A stretch of 49,343 nucleotides of DNA from Stellaceae bacterium (GCA_035632515.1 DASQGR010000149.1:1-49343); one strand, 5' to 3'; counted from the stretch's first letter, positions 18,247-26,601 are shown. The notes: generated by a model not told the origin, from the letters alone. Translations and numbers: made by a program.

Positions 18247-18274
18247 TTACAAACTGGCGGTTACAAACTGGCGG
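18247..18274. repeat. 14-bp perfect tandem duplication
   Basis: ttacaaactggcgg occurs twice (18247-18260 and 18261-18274). The second copy is the last 14 nt (including the stop) of the minus-strand flp gene. Confidence 0.85.
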
Positions 18275-18422
18275 CGATATTCGTGAAAAGAGCGACCAGG
18301 TTGGTGCCGACTGTCTCGACCGCGCCAACAACGACGACCGCAATAAGCGAAACGAGCATTGCGTATTCGATTGCCGCAGTGCCCTTCTCTTCCATAAAGA
18401 TACCGTTGAACCACGCAACCAT
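18261..18422 (-). CDS. flp: Flp-family type IVb pilin
   Basis: MVAWFNGIFMEEKG|TAAIEYAMLVSLIAVVVVGAVETVGTNLVALFTNIAASL carries the G/xxxIEY prepilin processing motif plus a hydrophobic helix. The length is about 53 aa, and AT-rich sequence lies upstream. Confidence 0.8.
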   Translation of the reverse strand: MVAWFNGIFMEEKGTAAIEYAMLVSLIAVVVVGAVETVGTNLVALFTNIAASL

Positions 18423-18721
18423 CGCCGATTCTCCCGAAGAAATGGCGATGAAGACCCTATTAAATATCCACGGTATTTTCATAAAATTGATAATTAATGC
18501 GACCGATAGGGACGGCACTTAGGGTTAATTTCGCTCACTCCCGGCCACGAGGCAGGTCAGCCTCGGGGCCTACAACGGCTGCGTCATTCCTGTTCCGGCG
18601 CCACTGCACGCGTTGGACTGGGCCCGATTTTAGCCGCTGATCGTGCTGCCTCCGGCGGTGCGAAATCCAGCAACGTCGCTGCCTGGCGGCACCGGCGCGG
18701 GAGACCCACAGCGCTGCGGCC

Positions 18722-18901
18722 CTATAGGCCAAGCTTGCGGCGAATTGCGTCCCGATCGGCTCTCGCGGCCTCGATCTGCGTGTTCAACGTGTCGACGCGC
18801 TGCCAGTCTTCCGCCCGGATCGCTTCATCGTACTGGACGAGCAGGTCAATGAGGCGATCCTGCGCTTCGGTCAACGAGCGACTATCGTGATCCGCGGCCA
18901 T
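18722..18901 (-). CDS. small helical hypothetical protein (59 aa)
   Basis: Hand-translated: MAADHDSRSLTEAQDRLIDLLVQYDEAIRAEDWQRVDTLNTQIEAARADRDAIRRKLGL-stop. It falls below the ORF-track length cutoff, has a weak RBS, and no homology was recognised. Confidence 0.25.
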   Translation of the reverse strand: MAADHDSRSLTEAQDRLIDLLVQYDEAIRAEDWQRVDTLNTQIEAARADRDAIRRKLGL

Positions 18902-19117
18902 GACAAGCTTTCAATGTTGTACGACACCGTACTGGATCATTACCTGAGCAACAAATTCTCGCGAATTTTGGTCCAAAGTACACGCATATCTTATACGTTA
19001 GCGCACATCTTTTTGCCGCAGTTGCCCGGTAAGATTTGATTATTGCGCTGACTATTTTGAGCACCAGCGCAGCAGAGGGAGATGCGTACTCCCGCTCGGT
19101 TGTCTGGGGAGTGCGAC

Positions 19118-19822
19118 ATGGCATCCGCAATCGGCTATAGGGGCAAAAACCGCCTCCTCGCGGCGTTGCCCGCAGACGATTTTGATCGATATTTCTCGGC
19201 GCTTGAGCGGATTACCTTGACGCTAAGGTCGGTAATCCAAGGCGCGGCACAGCCAGTCAAGCATGTCTATTTCGTGGAGGACGGGGTCAGCTCGGTCCTC
19301 ACCATCATGGACGACGGCTCGGCTGTCGAGGTCGGCATGATCGGCAGCGAGGGAATGATCGGTATCGCCGCCTTGCTCGACGGTGGGTCGGCGCCCCCGC
19401 AAGTCATCGTGCAGATACCCGGTACAGTGCTGAGGATGCCCATTGCCCTTTGCAAATGCGCGTTTGACGAAAGCGCAGGGGTGCGCACGGTCATGCTTCG
19501 CTTTGCCGCCGACATGCTCGGCCTCAGCACCCAGACCGCGGCTTGCAACCGGCTGCACTCGATCGAGCAGCGATGCGCGCGCTGGCTGCTGATGGCGTAT
19601 GATCGCGTTGGATCGGAGACGATGCCGATGACACACGAGTTCCTGGCCTACATGCTCGGCGTGCGGCGCGCGGGAGTGACGACGACGGCCCAGGAACTGC
19701 AACGCTCCGGGCTGATCCGCTATCGCCAGGGGCAGATTGTGATCACCGATCTCGAAGGATTGAAAGCGCTTGCCTGCGAATGCCGCCGGCTCGATCACGA
19801 GCGGCTCAACCGCATGCTGTAA
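19118..19822 (+). CDS. Crp/Fnr-family transcriptional regulator
   Basis: A cNMP-binding-like beta-roll (VYFVEDGVSSVLTIMDDGSAVEVGMIGSEGMIG) is followed by a C-terminal HTH (THEFLAYMLGVRRAGVTTTAQELQRSGLIRY). A GGGGAG RBS precedes ATG 19118. There is no N-terminal Cys cluster, so it is not a classical O2-sensing FNR. Confidence 0.88.
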   Translation: MASAIGYRGKNRLLAALPADDFDRYFSALERITLTLRSVIQGAAQPVKHVYFVEDGVSSVLTIMDDGSAVEVGMIGSEGMIGIAALLDGGSAPPQVIVQIPGTVLRMPIALCKCAFDESAGVRTVMLRFAADMLGLSTQTAACNRLHSIEQRCARWLLMAYDRVGSETMPMTHEFLAYMLGVRRAGVTTTAQELQRSGLIRYRQGQIVITDLEGLKALACECRRLDHERLNRML

Positions 19823-19914
19823 ATCGTCGGAATCCCGCCGAGCCTGTCCACTACCGGACAGCTTGTTATCGTTTCCGGTCGCCTCCTGTAACGTCAAGAA
19901 AATAGGAGGGACCA

Positions 19915-20202
19915 ATGCCCCGAAGTCGACCGATAAGTCTTAACGTGTTGCCCGATGTGGAGATCGAAGCGGAGAACATCGCGCGCGTCGTGTTGGAAAC
20001 ATACACCGCCGCCATGGCCTTGAGCCGAAACGAAGACAACGCCTTCAACGCAGCCGCCCACATATGGCGGGAGCATCATCCAAAAGCCACGCAACACGAA
20101 GCGGCGCGCCGTCGCAACCATCATCTGTCAAGCCATGTAGGCGCTGAGTTTTCGCCATGCCGGCACGCATCGTTCTCGTTCACGACGACGCGGATTTTCT
20201 GA
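19915..20202 (+). CDS. hypothetical protein
   Basis: A strong RBS (taggaggga) precedes ATG 19915. The first roughly 65 aa look protein-like. The tail is R/H/S-rich and overlaps the receiver-domain fragment, so the true 3' end is uncertain. Confidence 0.4.
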   Translation: MPRSRPISLNVLPDVEIEAENIARVVLETYTAAMALSRNEDNAFNAAAHIWREHHPKATQHEAARRRNHHLSSHVGAEFSPCRHASFSFTTTRIF

Positions 20203-20302
20203 ACGGGCCGCGGCGGCCGTCCGGGCGCTGGGGCATGACGTAGCGGCATTCGACGGTTCGATGATCGCTTTGGACCGCGTGTCGCGCCTATTGGCGCCGT
20301 GA
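20157..20302 (+). pseudogene. response-regulator receiver-domain N-terminal fragment (frameshifted and truncated)
   Basis: MPARIVLVHDDADFL is followed, after a 1-nt shift, by ERAAAAVRALGHDVAAFDGSMIALDRV, then a stop. This matches only the first third of a CheY-like receiver. Confidence 0.5.
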
Positions 20303-20407
20303 AGCCGGCAACGTCATGGAACGGCGGCTCCAGTCGATCGTCTGGCGGAAGCCCGCGAGGATAGGAGCTTGGGCTCCGTCCGCCAGCCCGCTCGCAGGCG
20401 CCAGTTC

Positions 20408-20728
20408 CTAGAAGCGGCACAGAAGCTTGCTGGCGGCGGGATCTTGGAGGAATGTCTGCAACTGTCCTCCAAGCCTGTGGCACGTCTCTTCGGCTTGAGC
20501 CCTTGTTGTGCTGCTCGGCACCTCCATCAATGCCACCGGCCCGTGTGCGGCCAGCCTGTTTACCGTATCCTGCAAGGCCCGCATTTGTCCGGTAAGCGAG
20601 CGCACTTCCGAGGCGAGCTGGGCAACCGATCTTCCCACTTCATCATCGCGAGCCTGCGCAGTTTGAAGGGTGGGTTGAAGGACAACCAAGAGCCCGAGTA
20701 TGCCGAGCACTCCAGCCATTGATTTCAT
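20408..20728 (-). CDS. secreted hypothetical protein (about 106 aa)
   Basis: An AGGAGA RBS lies 7 nt before ATG 20728. MKSMAGVLGILGLLVVLQPTLQTAQA is a signal-peptide-like N-terminus, followed by a helical region. No homology was recognised. Confidence 0.5.
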   Translation of the reverse strand: MKSMAGVLGILGLLVVLQPTLQTAQARDDEVGRSVAQLASEVRSLTGQMRALQDTVNRLAAHGPVALMEVPSSTTRAQAEETCHRLGGQLQTFLQDPAASKLLCRF

Positions 20729-20775
20729 TTCGCCATCTCCTGTCGCATTGGCCTCGATCTCGCCGCCGATAGCCG

Positions 20776-20925
20776 GTGATACGTGAAGCCGGTACGCCGC
20801 AATTGGCAACACGAACGGTCGAGCTGCATCGGACCGCGGTGATGCAAAAGGCGCAGCTGACGACTTTCGCGGAGATGATCCGGCTGGCGATCGACGCGCG
20901 TCAAACCGATCTTAACCGCCGCTCT
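20776..20925 (+). pseudogene. LuxR/FixJ-type HTH C-terminal fragment
   Basis: QLATRTVELHRTAVMQKAQLTTFAEMIRLAIDA matches the recognition-helix region of LuxR-type HTH domains (SxrTVExHRxxvMxKl...l). No upstream receiver or effector part lies in frame. Confidence 0.5.
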
Positions 20926-21191
20926 CCCCACCCCATCGGCCCCGTTTTGCCGAGCTTGCCGTCCCATCGCGACTTGGCAAATGCGCTCGGGAGTGCCCAA
21001 GCGGAGGCGACGCACCGCGCGGCAACCACCTCGTAACTTGCGGCGGCAAGATGGGTGCGTTGATGCGGGCTCATAATTGCGGCTATGCGCGACGCGCACG
21101 CGATCGGCGAGCCACTACCGCCGGGCGTGGTGCTGGAGCACGATCTATTTAGATTGAAGCCCCAAAGCAGTTTCCCTTCCGCGGGCTTGAC

Positions 21192-21410
21192 TTGCGGGTC
21201 CACGTCTTTGTTTGCGAACGTCGGAGAAAAAGACGGGTCAAGCCCGGCCACGGCGCTACACAAAGCGGTTCGGCCCAAACAGATAAGGCTCTAATGAAAA
21301 AGCCGTTCAAGATGGAGGAGCTGGCGGCCGCATTGGAGGCCGCCGCCCGAGAAGCTGGAGGCGTTGCCGGGACCCATAACGTAATTTCGCTGAGTCGGGC
21401 TCGCCACTAA
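21192..21410 (+). pseudogene. possible receiver-domain C-terminal remnant
   Basis: ALMKKPFKMEELAAALEAA resembles the KPF...eL end of CheY-like receivers. The upstream part of the ORF is not protein-like. This is a weak call. Confidence 0.3.
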
Positions 21411-21523
21411 CCCTCGCGCTGGAGCAGCGCGGTCGACGCAGCATTGCGCGGTGCTATAAATGCCCTCGCGGCGCGGAAATGAAGCGGCTCGCTCGGAACA
21501 AGGGATCCCTGTCGGTCAAAGAA

Positions 21524-21557
21524 CCGAGATTTTGTTTAGGCCGAGATTTTGTTTAGA
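21524..21557. repeat. 17-bp tandem duplication (16/17 identical) just upstream of the tRNA
   Basis: ccgagattttgtttagg (21524-21540) is followed by ccgagattttgtttaga (21541-21557), 11 nt before the tRNA-Thr 5' end. Confidence 0.85.
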
Positions 21558-21568
21558 CATCGCATTAT

Positions 21569-21640
21569 GCCGGGTTAGCACAGTGGCAGTGCAGCGGTTT
21601 TGTAAACCGAAGGTCGGAGGTTCGAATCCCTCACCCGGCA
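21569..21640 (+). tRNA. tRNA-Thr (anticodon UGU)
   Basis: Hand-folded cloverleaf: acceptor GCCGGGT/ACCCGGC; D stem GCAC/GTGC; anticodon arm GCGGT-TTTGTAA-ACCGA (U33, TGT, A37); T arm GGAGG-TTCGAAT-CCCTC. There is one A-C mismatch in the T stem and a G27-A43 mismatch. CCA is not encoded. Confidence 0.8.
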
Positions 21641-21712
21641 CCGGCGACCGTCGCCCTTGGAAATTTCCGCCGACCCACCAGATCAGGCGCAGCTCGTGCG
21701 AGGGAGGTTTGC

Positions 21713-22081
21713 GTGCGTCGCAATATGCTGATTGTTCTTGCTTTGGGGGTTGTCGTCATGTCGCCGGCGGCGTCGGCGCTCGCCGCTTATGGGGCCTTTG
21801 CCTATGACAACGATGCCCATAAATACGGCTACAGCTGGAACCAGGACACCCAGCGCCGCGCCGAAGAGGCTGCGCTCAAAGGCTGCGCCACCGACAAGTG
21901 CAAGATCGTCTTCCGCACCGGACCCAAGCAGTGCGGAGCCATCGCGATGACCGCGGACGGCAAAATCTGGGGCGGGGCACAGCGCGACCAGCGTTCCGGC
22001 GCCGAGCTCGCCGCGATCGAGAATTGCCAGAAGCGGACCTCAGGCCAATGCAAGATCCGCGCGTCCGAGTGCAACCGCTAG
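21713..22081 (+). CDS. DUF4189-domain secreted protein
   Basis: GTG start after a GAGGGAGG RBS. Signal peptide MRRNMLIVLALGVVVMSPAASALA is followed by YGAFAYD...GYSWNQDTQRRAEEAALKGC...CKIV...CGAIA..., the Cys-rich DUF4189 pattern. Confidence 0.78.
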   Translation: MRRNMLIVLALGVVVMSPAASALAAYGAFAYDNDAHKYGYSWNQDTQRRAEEAALKGCATDKCKIVFRTGPKQCGAIAMTADGKIWGGAQRDQRSGAELAAIENCQKRTSGQCKIRASECNR

Positions 22082-22107
22082 CATCGGGTTGCGGCCAAGT
22101 CGTGTCG

Positions 22108-22128
22108 TGAGGCCTGGGCCGGGCCTCA
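22108..22128. terminator. hairpin between convergent genes (possible bidirectional terminator)
   Basis: tgaggcc / ggcctca are 7-bp arms with a 7-nt loop. There is no T-tract, and the 3' arm overlaps the stop of the hydrolase gene. Confidence 0.3.
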
Positions 22129-23175
22129 TCGGCCGTCGATGACCGCTAGGGGTCGAGCGCGGGGAAGGCGGGTCGGTTTGAGGCTCTCGCGCGAAGCCAC
22201 CCGCTCGGCGACAAAGCGGTCGATGCGGGCGAGCCAGGCGTCGCGGATCGCGTCGCGTTCGAGGAATGGCTCGTGCTTTGATTCGGGCAGTTCGAACAAG
22301 GTGCAGTCGGGCAGGTGCCGGGCGGCGCGGTGGTGCGCGAGCGGTGCGACGATATGCTCGCGGCCGGCGCTGCCGATCAGGATCGGGGTATGGATCGCGG
22401 CGAGGAAGCGCGGCTTGCCGATCCGCGCGATCAGCGACAAGGCCGGATCAAGCCAGCCATAGGTCGGCTGGTCGAGGCGGAGCCCCGGCTCGCTCGACAC
22501 CCAGGCGTGACGGATGCGGCAGCGCTCGGCGTCGCTCGAGATGCGGCTGCGCTCCGGGGTCGGCGGCTGCGCCGGGCGCCAACGTGCGGTTCCCGGCAGC
22601 CGGCACAAGCCGAGCCCGGCGAGGCGCGCAGGCCCGGTTACCGCGCGCAGCAGGGTCGGCGGCGTCCGCCCGCTGAGGATGCCGAGCATCGGCGCCGACA
22701 GGATGGCCGCATCGAACAGGCCGGGGTTGCGGTGCAGGCAGAGAAGCGCGATCGCCCCGCCCATCGAATGGGCGATCAGCACGCGCGGCAAGCCGCCGGT
22801 CAGCTCGGCACGGGCAAATTCGGCGAGCTCCGCGGCATCGCGATCGAAGCGGCGGGCCCGCGGCCGGTTGGGCCAGCGCTTGGGCCGGGTCGAGCCGCCC
22901 TGGCCGCGCCAGTCGAGGCACCACACCGAGAGCCCGTGCGCGGCGAGGTCGCGCACCGTCTCGAAGTGCTTTTCGATAAAGTCGCCAAAGCCTCCGACCA
23001 GGACGCATTCGGCGCGGGCCTCGGCGGCAGGGAGATGACCCCAGCGCAACACCGCCCCGTCGCCGGTCGCAAACCCGCCCCAGACAAACCCCGGCGGGTC
23101 GAGGAACCGTTCCGGCAAAGGCGGCATCCGCCGGGTCATGGCGAGCATCGGGCCAGGCGCATAACTATCCGGCAT
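22126..23175 (-). CDS. alpha/beta hydrolase (lysophospholipase-like)
   Basis: The nucleophile elbow is AHSMGG, with WCLDWRGQGGS upstream, giving a typical alpha/beta-fold layout. The start is placed at MPDSYAPG (23175). Confidence 0.82.
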   Translation of the reverse strand: MPDSYAPGPMLAMTRRMPPLPERFLDPPGFVWGGFATGDGAVLRWGHLPAAEARAECVLVGGFGDFIEKHFETVRDLAAHGLSVWCLDWRGQGGSTRPKRWPNRPRARRFDRDAAELAEFARAELTGGLPRVLIAHSMGGAIALLCLHRNPGLFDAAILSAPMLGILSGRTPPTLLRAVTGPARLAGLGLCRLPGTARWRPAQPPTPERSRISSDAERCRIRHAWVSSEPGLRLDQPTYGWLDPALSLIARIGKPRFLAAIHTPILIGSAGREHIVAPLAHHRAARHLPDCTLFELPESKHEPFLERDAIRDAWLARIDRFVAERVASRESLKPTRLPRARPLAVIDGR

Positions 23176-23313
23176 TGTTCGGCAATCCACTCCCGCCGCG
23201 CTGGCGCGGACTGCTACGCAGCAAATATGGCGATCACGTGACCGTGCCGGGATCACGCGCGCCGCTGCGGCAAATTTTTCGCCTCCGTCATTCCGGGACA
23301 GGCCATGACGGCG

Positions 23314-24530
23314 TCAGGCGGTGGCCGGGCCGGCGATGATCCCTTTGTCATGGAGCCGCCCGACCTCCGCGGCGGAAAGACCAAGAACCTCTGCCAGCAC
23401 CCGCTCGGTATGCTCGCCGAGACGGGGCGCCGGCCGGGTCGGTTGGCGCGGTGCCGCACTGAAATCGAGCGGCAGGCCGGGCATCAGATAGCGACCGATC
23501 CCCGGCTGTTCGATTTCGGTGAAAAGCGGGTTCGCGGGCGAGCAGCGCGGGTCGTGCTCGACCAGGGTGGCGAAGTCCTGGAAGGGTCCCCAGAGCACGC
23601 CGCTGCCGGCAAAAATCCTCTCGATCTCGGCCAGAGTCTTGCCGGCGCACCAGCGCCCGACCAGCGCGGCGATGGCATCGCGCGCCTCGAAGCGGCCGGC
23701 CTCGGTGTCGAGATCGACGTCCATCATCGTGCCCACCCTCGCCAATTTGTCGGCGAGGCCGGTGGCGCGGCCGAGCGCCCGCCATTGCCGCGGGGTCAGC
23801 GCAATGACCATCACTCGGCGGCCATCGGCGGTGGCGAAGTCGCGACCAAAGCTGCCGTAAAGGTCATTGCCCAATGCCGGTCGCGAGGTGCCGTTGATCT
23901 GCACGTCGCCGACATAGCCGAGGTGCCCCATCATCGCCAGCATCACGTCGGCGAGCGCGGCGACGACTTCCTGGCCCTGGCCGGTGCGGCCGCGGTGACG
24001 CTCGGCGGCGAGCAGCGCGGTCGCGAGGTAAAGCCCGGTCGCGACATCCCAGGCCGGCAGCACGTTGTTCACCGGCTCCCCGCCGCGCCCGGTGACGAGC
24101 GGGAACCCGCTCGCCGCATTGACGGTGTAGTCGACCGCCGCCGAGCCGTCGCGGTTGCCGATCAGCCGCAGCATGATGACGTCGTCGCGCGCCGCCCTGA
24201 GGCTCGCGTAATCGAGCCCGGCGAGCGGTGGCAGATTGGTCAGCACGATGCCCGCGCCCGGCCCCGGCGCGGTGGCGATGGCTCTGGCGAGCTCGCGGCC
24301 TTCGGGCTTGTCGAGGCGATCGCGACCGAGCGCTTCGCCTTGTTGAGCCCGGCCCAATAAAGGCTCGCGCCGCTATCGGTGACCGGCCAGCGATTGTGGT
24401 CGATACCGCCGCGCAGCGGATCGATGCGGATCACCTCGGCGCCCATCTGCGCCATTGTCATGCCGCCGAGCGGCGCGGCGACAAAGGCGGAAAACTCGAC
24501 GATGCGCAGATCGGCGAGGAGCTGGTTCAT
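23314..24530 (-). pseudogene. family III CoA-transferase (CaiB/BaiF-like) with an internal frameshift
   Basis: The N-terminal part MNQLLADLRIVEFSAFVAAPLGGMTMAQMGAEVIRID...YWAGLNKAKRSVAI lies in ORF 24240..24647. It continues as LDKPEGRELARAI...VLTNLPP...GEHTERVL in ORF 23314..24357. The frames join only if 1 nt is added near 24316-24317. Confidence 0.8.
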
Positions 24531-24657
24531 GGCCGCGCCTCCTTGGAGCGTGATCGCCGCATTGAGCCGAAACTGTGGTGCCGCCGCAAGCGGGGCGCCG
24601 GGGAACGCGATGCGCTGCGGCCCGTTGGAACACGTGAAGCAGCACAAGCATACGACG

Positions 24658-25125
24658 ATGAGCTATTCGCCAGACAGCCGCGACGGCGGCGAAAAGCGGC
24701 GCGGCACGGTCGCGGTGAAATCGATGATCCGCCGCAATCGGCCGGTGTCGTCCCACCTGCACCCGGCGATCTATTGGACCATCGTCGGATTGGCCGGGTG
24801 GCTGGTGCTGTCGGTCTGGGGCTTTTTCGGCAGCGGCTATGCCGGGTTGGCACTGGCGGTGGTGAGCATCTTTATCGGCATCGCGGTGGCGATCCCGCTG
24901 CTGTTGTGGGCCATCGCCCGGCGACACCCGCCGGCGCACACCGACCCGCGGGACTCAGCCTCGTTCAACGAGACGCTTTCGGAATGGCTGGCGCACAAGC
25001 TCGATATCAACACCGGGCAGATGAAGGCGACGGTGGCAGCGGTCGAGATATTGCTGCCGATTGCCGCCGTGGCGTTTGGAATGACGGTCTTTGCCCTCGT
25101 GCGCCATCTTGACGGGGTTGTCTGA
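24658..25125 (+). CDS. hypothetical membrane protein (about 155 aa, 3 predicted TM helices)
   Basis: This is the tail of ORF 24379..25125 from ATG 24658. The hydrophobic segments are IYWTIVGLAGWLVLSVWGFF, LALAVVSIFIGIAVAIPLLLWAI and ILLPIAAVAFGMTVFALV. The upstream part of the ORF is antisense to the CoA-transferase gene. Confidence 0.55.
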   Translation: MSYSPDSRDGGEKRRGTVAVKSMIRRNRPVSSHLHPAIYWTIVGLAGWLVLSVWGFFGSGYAGLALAVVSIFIGIAVAIPLLLWAIARRHPPAHTDPRDSASFNETLSEWLAHKLDINTGQMKATVAAVEILLPIAAVAFGMTVFALVRHLDGVV

Positions 25126-25161
25126 TACGGTCCGCTTCCGCTCGATGTTTCAGGCGGCGTT

Positions 25162-25596
25162 TCAAGCGGCGCCGGCGATGAACAGGCGCATCGAACTCGC
25201 CTCGAATTCGATCTCGTCGAGCCGGCTCTTGACCAGGTCGCCGATGCTGACGATGCCGCAGAGCTGGTTATGGCGGATTACCGGAAAGTGGCGAATGCGC
25301 CGGTTGGTCATCTCGGCCATCAACTCGGCGACGCCGTCCTCGGGCTTGCAGGTCACGACCGGGCGGGTCATCACCTCGCCGACGCGCAGCGACAGCAGTT
25401 CGTTGCCGTAAACCGCGAGGGCGGCGACGATGTCGCGCTCGGAGAGGATGCCGTCAACGGCCTCGCCGTCATTGCTGACGACCAGCGCACCGATGCCGCG
25501 CTGATGCAGCAACATCACCGCCTGGTCGACCGTGGCGTCCTGGTGGATGGTCGCGACCGCACGGCCCTTGTTATGCAGGATTGTCTCGACGTTCAT
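25162..25596 (-). CDS. CBS-domain pair protein
   Basis: 144-aa ORF with two CBS-like units (GIGALVVSNDGEAVDGILSERDIV and IRHFPVIRHNQLCGIVSIGDLV). Confidence 0.88.
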   Translation of the reverse strand: MNVETILHNKGRAVATIHQDATVDQAVMLLHQRGIGALVVSNDGEAVDGILSERDIVAALAVYGNELLSLRVGEVMTRPVVTCKPEDGVAELMAEMTNRRIRHFPVIRHNQLCGIVSIGDLVKSRLDEIEFEASSMRLFIAGAA

Positions 25597-25745
25597 CGGC
25601 GGCTCCTACGATCGGAGGCAGGCAAGCGCTTGCGCGGGTGCCGCTTATGCCACGGACGTTAGGACATAATGTCGCAGTCGATCCAGTCAAAATGTGTAAA
25701 TGGACAGTAACAGTCGTGTCCGGGACCCGAGGTGCAAGCACCGCG

Positions 25746-26057
25746 TCAGCGCAAGGAATTGATGATCTCGCGATAGGCGGCCTCGGGAAACGCCTTCATC
25801 GTGCGGGTGCGCACCGTGCCGAGCTGGCCGAGCAGCAAGGTAAAGCGGGCGGCGACGGCATCGTCCGGCGCTTCGTAGATGACCACAAGGTCGTAATCGC
25901 CCATCGTCATGTACAGCGAACGGAACTCGCCGCCCATGTCGATCAGGGCCTTGCGCACCAGATCGACCCGTTTCGGTGATTCCTTGACCTCGCGGGCGCC
26001 CCGATCGGTCCAGTTGGCGAGCGCAATATAGGTCGGCACGGCGGTTCTCCCTGTCAT
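25746..26057 (-). CDS. GYD-domain protein
   Basis: 103-aa protein from ATG 26057. YIALANWTDRGAREVKESPKR ... YMTMGDYDLVVIYEAPDD contains the eponymous GDYD motif. Confidence 0.82.
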   Translation of the reverse strand: MTGRTAVPTYIALANWTDRGAREVKESPKRVDLVRKALIDMGGEFRSLYMTMGDYDLVVIYEAPDDAVAARFTLLLGQLGTVRTRTMKAFPEAAYREIINSLR

Positions 26058-26229
26058 GGCGGTGACGCGGCGGGCGCTTTTTTGGTCTTCGCCGAGCCCT
26101 TCAACTTGGCGAGCCGTGGCGTCCGGCGCAAGCATGCGGCAATGCACCGCAGGCGGTGCGTTCATCAATGTTTTAGAAGCAATGCTTACTATCTACCGGG
26201 CTTGGTCATGGTGTTTTGGAAGCGGCGCG

Positions 26230-26361
26230 ATGCGTGACTGGATGGCCGATTGGCGGAAATGGTCCCCGGCGGAGCGGGCTTTCGCCATAGCTTTGGTTCT
26301 GACGATGGTCATGGCATTGCCGCTCGGCCTTCTGCTCGGGGTCGGCCGGCCCGGCGTCTAG
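26230..26361 (+). CDS. possible small membrane protein (43 aa)
   Basis: MRDWMADWRKWSPAERAFAIALVLTMVMALPLGLLLGVGRPGV has one hydrophobic helix. The RBS is weak and no homology was recognised. Confidence 0.22.
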   Translation: MRDWMADWRKWSPAERAFAIALVLTMVMALPLGLLLGVGRPGV

Positions 26362-26521
26362 CTATCTGGCGGGGCGCTTTCCCGCCCGCCCTTGCCGCCC
26401 GCCCTTACCGTTCGCCGCCCTTACCGTTCCATGTCGTTCGAACCGCATCCGCTGCGGCACGATGGTTGACCTATTTTTACATTATATATAAGTTGAATAG
26501 TTTGTATTGACTCTGTTTCAT

Positions 26522-26545
26522 CTGTGAAATAATTTCTTTTCACAG
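26522..26545. promoter_or_regulatory. inverted repeat (operator-like) inside an AT-rich promoter island
   Basis: CTGTGAAA-taatttct-TTTCACAG has 8-bp perfect arms. It overlaps a candidate -10 (TAATTT) located 17 nt after TTGACT (26499-26504), about 57 nt upstream of the GTG at 26602. Confidence 0.4.
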
Positions 26546-26601
26546 CGCCGATTTGCAATGCCTTGCGGGCGCTCGAAAAATGCAGCTAAGGAGCCGGATT
26601 A

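Noticed and set aside
19915-20202. Possible frameshift restoring an ..AVATIICQAM-stop ending for the hypothetical protein
   Set aside because: This is purely a by-eye impression with no family to compare against, so it cannot be supported from the sequence alone.
21569-21640. tRNA-Thr as the integration site of a classical genomic island
   Set aside because: No integrase or recombinase gene was found, and I could not find a direct repeat of the tRNA 3' end. The atypical region lies on the 5' side of the tRNA rather than the usual 3' side. Only the compositional observation is reported.
26522-26545. TGTGA...TCACA arms read as a canonical CRP site
   Set aside because: The CRP consensus has a 6-nt spacer between TGTGA and TCACA, and here the spacer is 12 nt. 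I kept it only as a generic operator-like inverted repeat.
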